A DNA stretch of 14,658 nucleotides from Candidatus Cryosericum sp. (GCA_049699855.1 JBNAWM010000030.1:1-14658), one strand, 5' to 3'; positions 1-8,170 are shown, numbered from the stretch's first letter. Program-made: numbers and translations. Notes: generated from the letters alone by a model not told the origin.

Positions 1-18
1 CAACCTTTGGAGGTACAC

Positions 19-1050
19 ATGGACAGGACACAGACGAAGCTGCTGCGGGCACTCATGAAGCAGCCTCTCAGCTTCTGGCAGCTGGTGGGCAAGCAGGATG
101 ACGCCATTCCCGGCTATATGGACGCGCTCAAGACCCTCAAGATCAAGGGGTACATCGAAGCAAAGGGCGACCTCATCGCCATCACCAGGGACGGCCGTGA
201 GTATGCCCGGGCGGGCGGGGTCGAGAAGGAAGAGTCGATGGTGTGCCCAACCTGCGGCGCAACGGGGGTCAAGCCGCGCGGATGGCTGAAGGACATCATG
301 CCCGAGTACGAGGCGCTCGCCAAGGGGCGGCCGGAGGTCACGGCCGAGTTCGACCAGGGCGTGGTTCCGCTGGACAAGAATCTCGACCGTATCGCGTACA
401 TCTACGAGCGCGGTGACCTGGAGAACCGGAGCATCTTTATCCTGGGCGACGACGACATCCTCAGCATCGGGCTTGCCTTGACGGGCAAGTGCAAGAGGAT
501 CACGGTGGTCGAGATCGACAAGCGCATCAACAAGTTCATCCGCAAAGTCATCAAGGAGAAGGGCTGGACCAATGTCGAGGTCTACGACTATGATGCCCGC
601 GATCCCGTGCCCGAGGAGCTGAAGGGCAAGTTCGACGTGTTCATCACGGATCCCGTCGAGACGGTGGAGGGCATGAAGCTGTTCTATTCGCGTTGCAGCG
701 AGGCCCTCAGGGGCAAGGGCTGCTCCGGATACTTCGGCGTCTCGCACTTCGAGTCGGGCCTGGCCAAGTGGATGGGCGTCGAGAAGAACCTTCTGCGCAT
801 GAATCTGGTGATCACGGATATCCTCCGCGACTTCAACGACTACCTGCTGACAGGGGAGCGCATCGTCGAGAAGGGTTTCCGCATCGTCACCGAGTCGCCG
901 TTCCCGCTCAAGGCTCCGGACTTCGCCTGGTACCACTCGACCTTCTTCCGTGTCGAGGCAGTCAAGAAGCCTCGCCCGCTGATTACCGAGCGCGTTGAGT
1001 GGGCACGTGAGCTGTACTTCGACGAGGACACGTTTGTGGCACTGCCCTGA
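19..1050 (+). CDS. bpsA: Branched-chain polyamine synthase A-like aminopropyltransferase (N4-bis(aminopropyl)spermidine synthase, DUF43 family)
   Basis: Family motifs EFDQG, RGDLENRSIFILGDDDILSIG (GDDD motif), VVEIDKR, FDVFITDPVET and C-terminal LYFDEDT, plus CPTC-x-x-x-G after an N-terminal helical domain. Start moved to ATG 19 because GGAGG (9-13) sits 5 nt upstream; the ORF-track TTG at 7 overlaps the RBS. Confidence 0.88.
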   Translation: MDRTQTKLLRALMKQPLSFWQLVGKQDDAIPGYMDALKTLKIKGYIEAKGDLIAITRDGREYARAGGVEKEESMVCPTCGATGVKPRGWLKDIMPEYEALAKGRPEVTAEFDQGVVPLDKNLDRIAYIYERGDLENRSIFILGDDDILSIGLALTGKCKRITVVEIDKRINKFIRKVIKEKGWTNVEVYDYDARDPVPEELKGKFDVFITDPVETVEGMKLFYSRCSEALRGKGCSGYFGVSHFESGLAKWMGVEKNLLRMNLVITDILRDFNDYLLTGERIVEKGFRIVTESPFPLKAPDFAWYHSTFFRVEAVKKPRPLITERVEWARELYFDEDTFVALP

Positions 1051-1067
1051 CGGCAGGCTGGTCAGAA

Positions 1068-1511
1068 GTGGCTCGCACAAAGGGCGAGATCACCGAGATC
1101 ACGGCTGGAGGCATTGTCTTCAACGGTGACAGGGTGCTTGTCCTCAGAAACTGGAAGGGAGTTCACGTCTTTCCGAAGGGGCATGTCGAACTCGGCGAAA
1201 GCCGCGAGCAGGCTGCCCTTCGGGAGGTGTTCGAGGAGTCGGGACTGCGTGCCCGCATCGTGGGCAGCGCGGGCATGTCCTCCTTCCACTTCTACTCCTA
1301 CATCGACAAGGCCGTGCATCGGAAGATCGTCTACTGGTTCGAGATGGAGACGACGGACACCGTGGTCACGGTCAACAGAGAGCTCGAGTCCGGGGCGTTT
1401 GTCCCTGCAAAGCAGGCACTGAGCCTGCTCAGCTTTCCCAATGATGTTGCAAATCTGAACGGTATCCTGGAGCGGCGGGCAGTCGATGTACGCGACCGTA
1501 GCCAGCGTTAG
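1068..1511 (+). CDS. Nudix hydrolase (possibly Ap4A hydrolase-like)
   Basis: Complete Nudix box GHVELGESREQAALREVFEESGL (GX5EX7REUXEEXGU), preceded by AGGIVF and FPKG. GTG start 17 nt after the bpsA stop. Substrate cannot be determined from sequence. Confidence 0.9.
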   Translation: MARTKGEITEITAGGIVFNGDRVLVLRNWKGVHVFPKGHVELGESREQAALREVFEESGLRARIVGSAGMSSFHFYSYIDKAVHRKIVYWFEMETTDTVVTVNRELESGAFVPAKQALSLLSFPNDVANLNGILERRAVDVRDRSQR

Positions 1512-3012
1512 CGTGGTTGGCCTCACGGCTCACCCCGTGCAGGTCGAGGTCGACATCGCCGAGGGTCTGCCGGTGTTCACCATCGTGGGCCTTCCGGACA
1601 CGACGGTGCAGGAGTCGCGGGAGCGCGTCAAGAGCGCCATCCGCAATGCAGGCTTCCAGTTTCCCCCGCATCGCATCACCGTCAACCTGGCACCGGCGGA
1701 TCTCCGCAAGGAAGGCGTTTTCTTCGACCTTCCCGTGGCGATCGGGATTCTGAAGGCATCGGGCCAGATCGAGGCCTCGCTGGAGGGGTATGTCTTCCTC
1801 GGCGAACTGTCGCTGGAGGGCACGCTGAGGGCGGTTCATGGCGTGCTTCCCGCTGTTGCCGGCCTGGCGGCAGCAGACGGGAGCCATACCTATGTCGTGC
1901 CCCGGCAGAACGTGGGCGAGCTGGCCCTGCTGGAAGGCACGCGTCTCCTGCCAAGTGCCTGCCTGGGCGATGTGGTGCAAGGCATGATGGAGGGACCGGT
2001 GGTACAGGTGGTGCCTGCGTACCACCCGCCGCGGGGGCCCGCCGAGTCTCCTCTGGACTTTGCCGACGTGAAGGGACAGGCCATGGCCAAGCGGGCCATG
2101 GAGATCGCTGCCGCCGGCGGTCACAACATCCTCTTGACAGGATCGCCGGGCTCCGGCAAGACCATGCTGGCGGAGCGACTGCCCGGCATCATGCCGCCCA
2201 TGACGCGCGAGGAGGTCCTGGAGGTGACAACGGTCTACAGTGCCGCGGGCTTGCTGACCGACGATGGCTCCATCGTGGAGCAGCGGCCATTCCGCCATCC
2301 GCACCACACGGCATCGAGTATTGCCGTCATCGGCGGCGGCGCTGTAGCACGCCCGGGCGAGATCTCCCTCGCCGACCGAGGCGTGCTGTTCATGGACGAA
2401 CTGCCCGAGTTTCACAGGGACGTCCTCGAAGTCCTGCGCCAGCCGCTGGAGAGTGGGACGGTCACGATTTCTCGGGTGCGGCAGACGCTCACCTATCCTG
2501 CCCACTTCCTGCTGGTGGCGGCCATGAACCCCTGTCCCTGCGGCTGGTACGGTGATCCCACGCATGAATGCACCTGTTCCGTCGCTGATGTGCGCAGGTA
2601 TCGCAGCCGCATCAGCGGCCCGCTTCTGGACCGCTTTGACATGGTGCTCTCGGTGCCGCGCCTTCAGGCCTCTGAACTGGCCGAACTGCATCCGGGGGAG
2701 TCCTCGGCGGTGATCCGCGGGCGCGTCGTCGCGGCACGAGAGCGGGCATCCGGCACCCTCGAGGCACATGGGCTGCACGCCAATGCTGACCTCTCCGGCC
2801 CTCAGGTCCGGGCGCTCGTGACGCTGGACCATGACACCCAGGCATTTCTCACCATGGCGGTGACGCGGTTCGGCCTCAGCGGGAGGGGATACGACAAGGT
2901 GCTCAAGGTTGCGCGGACGATCGCCGATCTCGATGGTGCCCAGCGCGTGCGGACCGAGCACATCAGCGAGGCCCTGCAGTATCGGTCCGCTGGGGCATCC
3001 TGGGATGCCTGA
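1486..3012 (+). CDS. comM: YifB/ComM family Mg-chelatase-like AAA+ ATPase (DNA branch-migration helicase family)
   Basis: N-terminal Lon-like domain (GLPDTTVQESRERV, ITVNLAPADLRKEG, DLPVAIGIL), Walker A GSPGSGKT, PFRHPHH, PGEISLA, Walker B LFMDELPEF, zinc motif NPCPCG...CTC, RISGPLLDRFD and VARTIADL. Overlaps the Nudix gene by 26 nt. Confidence 0.95.
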   Translation: MYATVASVSVVGLTAHPVQVEVDIAEGLPVFTIVGLPDTTVQESRERVKSAIRNAGFQFPPHRITVNLAPADLRKEGVFFDLPVAIGILKASGQIEASLEGYVFLGELSLEGTLRAVHGVLPAVAGLAAADGSHTYVVPRQNVGELALLEGTRLLPSACLGDVVQGMMEGPVVQVVPAYHPPRGPAESPLDFADVKGQAMAKRAMEIAAAGGHNILLTGSPGSGKTMLAERLPGIMPPMTREEVLEVTTVYSAAGLLTDDGSIVEQRPFRHPHHTASSIAVIGGGAVARPGEISLADRGVLFMDELPEFHRDVLEVLRQPLESGTVTISRVRQTLTYPAHFLLVAAMNPCPCGWYGDPTHECTCSVADVRRYRSRISGPLLDRFDMVLSVPRLQASELAELHPGESSAVIRGRVVAARERASGTLEAHGLHANADLSGPQVRALVTLDHDTQAFLTMAVTRFGLSGRGYDKVLKVARTIADLDGAQRVRTEHISEALQYRSAGASWDA

Positions 3013-3141
3013 TCCCGGAACTCCAGGGGGATCGTTCCCGTCTAAGGGATACAGGCCCCGCCGGAAGGAACGCGCAGGGCCTGACTGCTGAGGGAAGAAG
3101 TGCATGCAGGTGGGGAGGAGAAGGGAGATGCCAAGGCGGTG

Positions 3142-4278
3142 ATGCGGAAGAGGGAGGGGTTGCAGCGCTGGGCAGCTGTTGCTCTGGTCCTGTGCCTGAT
3201 CTGTACGGTGCCGGGGACCAAGGCCTCGGCTGCAACCGATACCTCGTCATGGTTCCGCCTGCTCACCGTGGGCACTGACCTCACCATCTGGCTGAATGGC
3301 ACGGAACTGCCTGCTCGGGCAAAACGCGTGGGGGGCACCGTGCTTGTGCCGCTCAGCGTCCTCCATGCGGCATGGGGTGCGACCTATGCCCGCTGTCCCT
3401 CGTGTTCAGCCCTCACGATAGGCAGCCTTCACGCTGTCTGGCAGGGCGCTTCGCCCCAGTATCATCTGGGCCAGCAGGACTTCTTCTGGGATGTCGCCCC
3501 CTTCACCGCGGGCGGCCAGTTGTACGTTCCTCTTCGCGAACTCATGGAGCCGATGGGCGCGCTGGTGACGAAAGAGCAGTCGTCCGGCAGGACGCTCGTC
3601 GCCTATTCCACACAGTGGCAGAAGGAGCCGTGGCTGCGCCAGGCCCAGTTGAACTGGATGGGGCAGACTGACCGGATTCCCGTGAATGTGAAGAGCGTTC
3701 CGGGACAGGCCAAAGTCGTCGCATTCACCTTCGATGACAACTGGGACCCGGAGGCCACCCTGCGCATTGCCCGGCTGTTTCAGCAGTACAACGGCCACTG
3801 CACCTTCTTCATCGTCGGCACCGAGGCGCGCGCCCATCCCGAGGTCATCCGCGAGATCGTGCGGCTGGGAGACGACCTCGGCAATCACACCTTCAGCCAC
3901 CCGGCTGCCACGAAAACGACACAAGCCAACTTCATCAAGCAGATTCAGGCGTGCGAACAGGTGCTGAACGGGATGGGCATAACGAGCCGACCCTACTTCC
4001 GTTTCCCATACTTCGCCGAGGACAAGCAACTGATGCAGATCGTGACCGACCAGGGCTACGTGACGATCGGCTCGGCCTGGACCATCGAGGACACGGGCCC
4101 CAACCGGTCGGTGGCGCACAGTCTCGCCACCATCCGGCGCTTCATCAGTCCCGGCACCATCTTCGTGGCACATCCCAACAGCATGATGACCTACAAGGTC
4201 ATGCAGAGCATCCTGCCGGAGCTGGCCGCGCGCGGCTACCGATTCGTCTCAGTGAGCGAACTGCTGAACGGGCGCTGA
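3142..4278 (+). CDS. Exported polysaccharide deacetylase (NodB/CE4) with an N-terminal signal peptide and copper-amine-oxidase-N (stalk)-like domain
   Basis: CE4 motifs FTFDD, TFF, GNHTFSHP, YFRFPY, PGTIFVAH and LPELAARGYRFVSVSELL. Signal-like MRKR..WAAVALVLCLICTVPGTKASA. Stalk-like segments GTVLVPL and GQLYVPLRELMEPMGA. Start is uncertain (3100, 3142 or 3160); ATG 3142 gives the best signal peptide. Confidence 0.85.
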   Translation: MRKREGLQRWAAVALVLCLICTVPGTKASAATDTSSWFRLLTVGTDLTIWLNGTELPARAKRVGGTVLVPLSVLHAAWGATYARCPSCSALTIGSLHAVWQGASPQYHLGQQDFFWDVAPFTAGGQLYVPLRELMEPMGALVTKEQSSGRTLVAYSTQWQKEPWLRQAQLNWMGQTDRIPVNVKSVPGQAKVVAFTFDDNWDPEATLRIARLFQQYNGHCTFFIVGTEARAHPEVIREIVRLGDDLGNHTFSHPAATKTTQANFIKQIQACEQVLNGMGITSRPYFRFPYFAEDKQLMQIVTDQGYVTIGSAWTIEDTGPNRSVAHSLATIRRFISPGTIFVAHPNSMMTYKVMQSILPELAARGYRFVSVSELLNGR

Positions 4279-4286
4279 GGACAGAG

Positions 4287-4472
4287 CTAGTGCCCCATGT
4301 CCATGTGCCGTTCCCCAGGCTTCATGGCCAGGTACTTCTCAGGTTCCTTCTCGAACGCTTCCTTGCAGTGATCTCCGCAGAACCAGTAGGTGGTGCCGTT
4401 GTACTCCAACGTGGGCTTGCCTGCGTCCTCTTTCACAACCATGCCGCAGACGGGATCGATGTGCTTTGTCAT
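4287..4472 (-). CDS. Small YHS/TRASH-domain metal-binding protein (putative copper chaperone)
   Basis: DPVCGMVV...YNGTTYWFCGDHCKEAFEKEPEKY is a canonical YHS signature. RBS AGGAGG (4485-4480) lies in the end of copA, and the start is 4 nt after the copA stop. Confidence 0.9.
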   Translation of the reverse strand: MTKHIDPVCGMVVKEDAGKPTLEYNGTTYWFCGDHCKEAFEKEPEKYLAMKPGERHMDMGH

Positions 4473-4476
4473 TGTC

Positions 4477-6714
4477 TTACCTCCTGTGCGATGATGTTCC
4501 CAGCGGTACCCTGCCCAGCCGCAGAGAGTTGGTGACGACGTTGATGCTGCTTGCTGCCATCGCTATCTCGGCCAGAACGGGGTGCAGGAACCCGAGGGCT
4601 GCGATGGGAATGGCGATGATGTTATAGAAGAACGCCCAGAACAGGTTCTGGCGTATCTTTGCAAAAGCGGCGCGCGACAGGCGGATGGCACGTACCACTC
4701 CGTCCAGGTCTCCCTTGACGAGCGTGATGTCGCCGGCCTCGATCGCGATGTCGGTGCCCGAACCGATGGCGATGCCCACGTTTGCCTGCTTGAGCGCCGG
4801 AGCATCGTTGATGCCGTCGCCTACCATGGCGACAATGTGCCCCTGCTGCTGGAGCGCCCTGATGACGGCCAGCTTGTCCGAGGGCAGGACCTGTGCATGG
4901 ACGTCCTTGATGCCGGCCTCCCTCGCGATGGTCTGCGCGGTACGGAGGTTGTCTCCCGTGAGCATGACGGGGGTGATCCCCAGGTCCATGAGAGCCCGAA
5001 TGGCAGCGGGTGTCGTCTGTTTCATCGTATCTGCCACGGCGATGACCAGCAGGACGTCTGATCCCTTTGCGAGGACGGAGACGGTCTTCCCCTCGCTTTC
5101 CAGGCGTTCCAGCGTCGTGCGGGTTTCCTGCGCTGCAGTCTGGATCAACCTGGGTGTTGGCTTGCCGGCGTAGTATGAGACACCATCGATGGTTCCGGCA
5201 ATGCCTGTTCCCGGCAGTGCGGTCGAGCTCTGCACCTCGCGCAGCGAAGCACCTCTGGCGAGGGCGTACTGGACAATGGAGGTTGCTATGGGATGCTCGG
5301 AGCCTGCTTCCAGCGAGGCGAGGATGGCAAGGCCCCCAGTGTCCTCCGCCACGTTCACGACGTCCGTCACAACGGGTTTGCCCACGGTGAGCGTACCCGT
5401 TTTGTCGAAAACCACCGTATCAACGTCCTTCATGGTCTGGAGCGCGGCGCCGGTGCGGATGAGGATGCCATTGCGGGCTCCTAGGCCGCTGGCGACCATG
5501 AGGGCTGTCGGCGTGGCCAGGCCGAGTGCGCAGGGGCAGGCAATGACAAGTGTTGCCACCGTCGAGAAGATGGCCTGAGAAACTGGGTTGAGGCCGGGGT
5601 TCACCCAGGGCAGGAACTGATGTGCCCAGAGCGCAAGCGCGTGTGCTGCTCCCGGAAACAGCATCCATGACGTGAACACCAGCGCCGCGATGCCCAGCAC
5701 CACCGGAACGAACACCGATGTCACCTTGTCGGCAAGGGCCTGGATGGGTACCTTGGTACCCTGGGCCTCTTCGACCAGACGGACCATCTGCGAGAGGAAG
5801 GTTTCGCTTCCGACGCGCGTGGCCTCGACACGGATGAGCCCCATCTGGTTCAGCGTGGCGCCGATGACACTGTCGCCCACCGTTTTCTCCACCGGAATGG
5901 ACTCGCCGGTTGCCATGGACTCGTCGACCGCCGTGGTCCCGAACGTGATGGTGCCGTCGGTCGGGATCTTCTCACCGGGCCGGACAACCATGATGTCTCC
6001 GGGATCGACTTGCTCAATGGGAACCTCAACCTCCTGATCGTCGACAATGATGTGTGCCGTCCGTGCTCCCAGTTCGATGAGAGCCCGGATTGCCATAGAC
6101 GCGCGTCCCTTTGCCGATGCCTCCAGATAGGCGCCCACCAGATGAAAACCCATGATCATGGAGCCGACCATGGCGAAGCTTTCAACCTGCATGCCCGCGA
6201 GGTTCATGACACCTGTCGCGAAGGATGCTATCGTCCCCAGGGCGATCAGGAGGTCCATGTTGAAGTTGCCATGGAACAGCGCCACAAAAGCAGCCCGCAG
6301 GACAGGATACCCGACGGCGAAGATGACGGGGGCTGCCAGTACCAGTTCTGCCCAGTGGGCTGCCTGCATCTGGGGCATCGTGAGGTGGCCAAACCACATC
6401 ACCAGCATGAGCAGGGTACCGGGCAGGACAAATGCCCACGCGGCAATCATCTGTCTCCGCGCATTCTGTGCTTTGCGCTCTGCAGAGTCGGCGGTGTTTC
6501 CCAGCACCAGCTTGTAGCCCGTTGTTGCGACGGCTGCAGCTGCTCCCTCGAGCGTCAGGACGTCGGGATCGTAGACGAAGGTGGCCTTTTCTGTATTGAT
6601 GTTGACCGTGGCGCTGCTGATGCCGGAGGTCCTGTTCAAGGTTTTTTCTACCGTCATGGCGCAGGAAGCGCATGTCATGCCGCTGACATGGACGGTTACC
6701 TTCTTGGTACTCAT
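4477..6714 (-). CDS. copA: Cu(I)-translocating P1B-1 type ATPase
   Basis: One N-terminal HMA domain (GMTCASC), actuator [14 protein letters not shown], phosphorylation site DKTGT, SEHP, MLTGDN and GDGINDAP. Transmembrane YN and MAASS motifs are diagnostic of Cu+/Ag+ pumps. Confidence 0.96.
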   Translation of the reverse strand: MSTKKVTVHVSGMTCASCAMTVEKTLNRTSGISSATVNINTEKATFVYDPDVLTLEGAAAAVATTGYKLVLGNTADSAERKAQNARRQMIAAWAFVLPGTLLMLVMWFGHLTMPQMQAAHWAELVLAAPVIFAVGYPVLRAAFVALFHGNFNMDLLIALGTIASFATGVMNLAGMQVESFAMVGSMIMGFHLVGAYLEASAKGRASMAIRALIELGARTAHIIVDDQEVEVPIEQVDPGDIMVVRPGEKIPTDGTITFGTTAVDESMATGESIPVEKTVGDSVIGATLNQMGLIRVEATRVGSETFLSQMVRLVEEAQGTKVPIQALADKVTSVFVPVVLGIAALVFTSWMLFPGAAHALALWAHQFLPWVNPGLNPVSQAIFSTVATLVIACPCALGLATPTALMVASGLGARNGILIRTGAALQTMKDVDTVVFDKTGTLTVGKPVVTDVVNVAEDTGGLAILASLEAGSEHPIATSIVQYALARGASLREVQSSTALPGTGIAGTIDGVSYYAGKPTPRLIQTAAQETRTTLERLESEGKTVSVLAKGSDVLLVIAVADTMKQTTPAAIRALMDLGITPVMLTGDNLRTAQTIAREAGIKDVHAQVLPSDKLAVIRALQQQGHIVAMVGDGINDAPALKQANVGIAIGSGTDIAIEAGDITLVKGDLDGVVRAIRLSRAAFAKIRQNLFWAFFYNIIAIPIAALGFLHPVLAEIAMAASSINVVTNSLRLGRVPLGTSSHRR

Positions 6715-6715
6715 G

Positions 6716-7030
6716 CTACTTCTCGCCCACCAGATGATCGATGACCGATTCCAGTTCCTTCAGCTTGTGATCGAGGTCGCCGCTGGTCAGGGACTCCTTG
6801 ACGCAGGTCTCCAGATGCGTGCGCAGAATCTCGGCATCTGCTTTGCGCAGAATGGCAATGACTGCCTGGAGCTGGTTGCTGATGTCGATGCAGTAGCGGT
6901 TGTCCTCGATCATCTGCTCGATGCCGTTCAGATGTCCCTTTGCGGTGCGGATCAGCGGAAGGGTGCGGGCATGCTTCGGTTGTCCGTCCCCGGTACGGGC
7001 AGTTGCTGCTTGCTTTGTTGTTTCGCTCAC
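6716..7030 (-). CDS. csoR: CsoR/RcnR family copper-sensing transcriptional repressor
   Basis: [27 protein letters not shown]...[10 protein letters not shown] retains the Cys-His-Cys Cu(I) ligand set. GTG start with GAGGTG upstream (7040-7035). Stop is 1 nt before the copA start. Confidence 0.92.
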   Translation of the reverse strand: MSETTKQAATARTGDGQPKHARTLPLIRTAKGHLNGIEQMIEDNRYCIDISNQLQAVIAILRKADAEILRTHLETCVKESLTSGDLDHKLKELESVIDHLVGEK

Positions 7031-7040
7031 GGTTCACCTC

Positions 7041-7068
7041 TATCCCTCCCCCTCTGGGGGTGGGTATA
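7041..7068. promoter_or_regulatory. CsoR-type operator (C-tract/G-tract pseudo-palindrome)
   Basis: TATCCCTCCCCC-TCT-GGGGGTGGGTATA. Arms CCCTCCCCC (7044-7052) and GGGGGTGGG (7056-7064) are complementary with one mismatch and flanked by TAT/TATA. It lies between the -10 element and the csoR RBS. Confidence 0.75.
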
Positions 7069-7071
7069 GGC

Positions 7072-7099
7072 AGTATGACGAGATCCTTTTGTCTGTAAA
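7072..7099 (-). promoter_or_regulatory. Sigma70-type promoter for csoR-copA-YHS
   Basis: Minus strand reads TTTACA (7099-7094), 16-nt spacer, CATACT (7077-7072), in a locally AT-rich patch directly upstream of the operator. Confidence 0.65.
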
Positions 7100-7121
7100 G
7101 AGGACAGCCCGACCGGTCCTC
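7097..7121 (-). terminator. Weak candidate terminator downstream of the hydrolase gene
   Basis: Minus strand GAGGAC-cggtcgggct-GTCCTC followed by only TTT. The stem is 6 bp, the loop large and the U tract short. Confidence 0.25.
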
Positions 7122-7180
7122 ACGGTGTCGTCACACGCCGAGGGGCAGGGCCTGGGAACTGCATGCCGCAGGGATGTACG

Positions 7181-8170
7181 CTAAGAGGAGGGCTGTGGCA
7201 GAGTGGAGGGCAGCGCCTTCAGCCAGGGAAGGACGACGCCCAGGAATTTGGCGGGTCCTTCTTCCTGGGGCACGTGGCCCAGTCCAGGCAGGGGCACCAG
7301 CGTGAAGCGGCCGTTCAGTGAGACGAGGCGTCTGCTGTCCGAGGGCGGGATGATGCGATCATCGTCTCCGTGCACCACCAGGGCAGGCTGCTGAATGGAG
7401 CCGATCTGTGGCCAGAGGTCGAGCGTTCGGGGCGCAGAGGTGACATACCACAGTGCGGCGTCCCAGTTGGTCGCGGTCAAGGGCTTTCGATAGGCCGGAA
7501 TGACGTCGGGGGGCATGGCAGCCGGGTTGTGCCAGGCGGTGGTGATCAGTGATTGCAGGCGGGGCACCATGGCTCGGACCAGCAGGGGGCCCAGGTGCTG
7601 TGCCTGCGGCGTTCGGATCAACCATCGCAGGAAGGGCGACTGCATCGCGCCCGAGGGCACGGCGGGGCTGACGAGGACCATCGCCTTGACGGCCTGTGGG
7701 TCCTGGAGGGCCATGGCAAGGGCGATCCCTCCACCGGCTGAATTGCCGATGACGATGGCTTGCTGGAACCCGAGCGCATGGATGAGGTCTACGGCCAGTT
7801 GTGCCTGCTCAGTGGAGTCGTACGGGTCGTAGCCGGGCCAGTTGTCCTTGAGGGGGCGCTGGCTGAGGCCAAATCCAGGGCGGTCATAGGAAACGACGGT
7901 GCCCAGCTGGGCAAGCGCTGGGGCGACGCGGTCCCAGGTGAACGTGCTGGAACCGAATCCGTGCAGCAGCAGAATGAGCTGTCTGCCTTTCCCGTACGTC
8001 TTGTAGTGAAGCCAGATGCCACGCACATAGATGAACTTGCTGCCTTGGTCCGCCAGCTCGTAGGGAGATTTCCCCTGGTAGGGCCGTACCGGGACAAGAA
8101 ACGGGCCGAACACGACCAGGGTGAGCAGGATGGCCAGCGCAAGCGGCAGCCCACGCACGAAGCGCTTCAA
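7181..8170 (-). CDS. Alpha/beta-fold hydrolase (Abhydrolase_1/6 type) with N-terminal membrane anchor
   Basis: LLLHGFGSS, YDRPGFGLS, nucleophile elbow GNSAGG, HGDDDRII (Asp) and GHVPQEE (His). Start placed at TTG 8170, which overlaps the upstream gene's TGA (TTGA) and gives MKRFVRG plus a hydrophobic helix. Confidence 0.88.
   Translation of the reverse strand: MKRFVRGLPLALAILLTLVVFGPFLVPVRPYQGKSPYELADQGSKFIYVRGIWLHYKTYGKGRQLILLLHGFGSSTFTWDRVAPALAQLGTVVSYDRPGFGLSQRPLKDNWPGYDPYDSTEQAQLAVDLIHALGFQQAIVIGNSAGGGIALAMALQDPQAVKAMVLVSPAVPSGAMQSPFLRWLIRTPQAQHLGPLLVRAMVPRLQSLITTAWHNPAAMPPDVIPAYRKPLTATNWDAALWYVTSAPRTLDLWPQIGSIQQPALVVHGDDDRIIPPSDSRRLVSLNGRFTLVPLPGLGHVPQEEGPAKFLGVVLPWLKALPSTLPQPSS

Noticed and set aside
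1068..1511. Nudix protein as an NrtR regulator of pncB-pncA
   Set aside because: It is only 147 aa, lacks the C-terminal winged-helix domain of NrtR and lies 11 kb from the pnc genes.
3052..3083. Resemblance to SRP RNA helix 8 (CAGG...CCGGAAGG...GCAG)
   Set aside because: Spacing does not fit the conserved CAGG-NCC-GGAA-GGN-AGCAG symmetric loop, and there is no long enclosing helix.
1429..3105. 558-aa antisense ORF opposite comM
   Set aside because: Shadow ORF expected from high-GC codon bias. It has no recognisable motifs and lies opposite a clearly conserved gene.
6711..7037. Alternative 108-aa minus-strand ORF overlapping csoR
   Set aside because: Different frame with no motifs; the 6716-7030 frame carries the CsoR signature.
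7145..7154. 10-mer GCAGGGCCTG shared by two intergenic regions (also at 3074-3083)
   Set aside because: Two copies of a short GC-rich word are within chance expectation and the flanks do not extend. A genome-wide count would be needed to call it a REP-like repeat.
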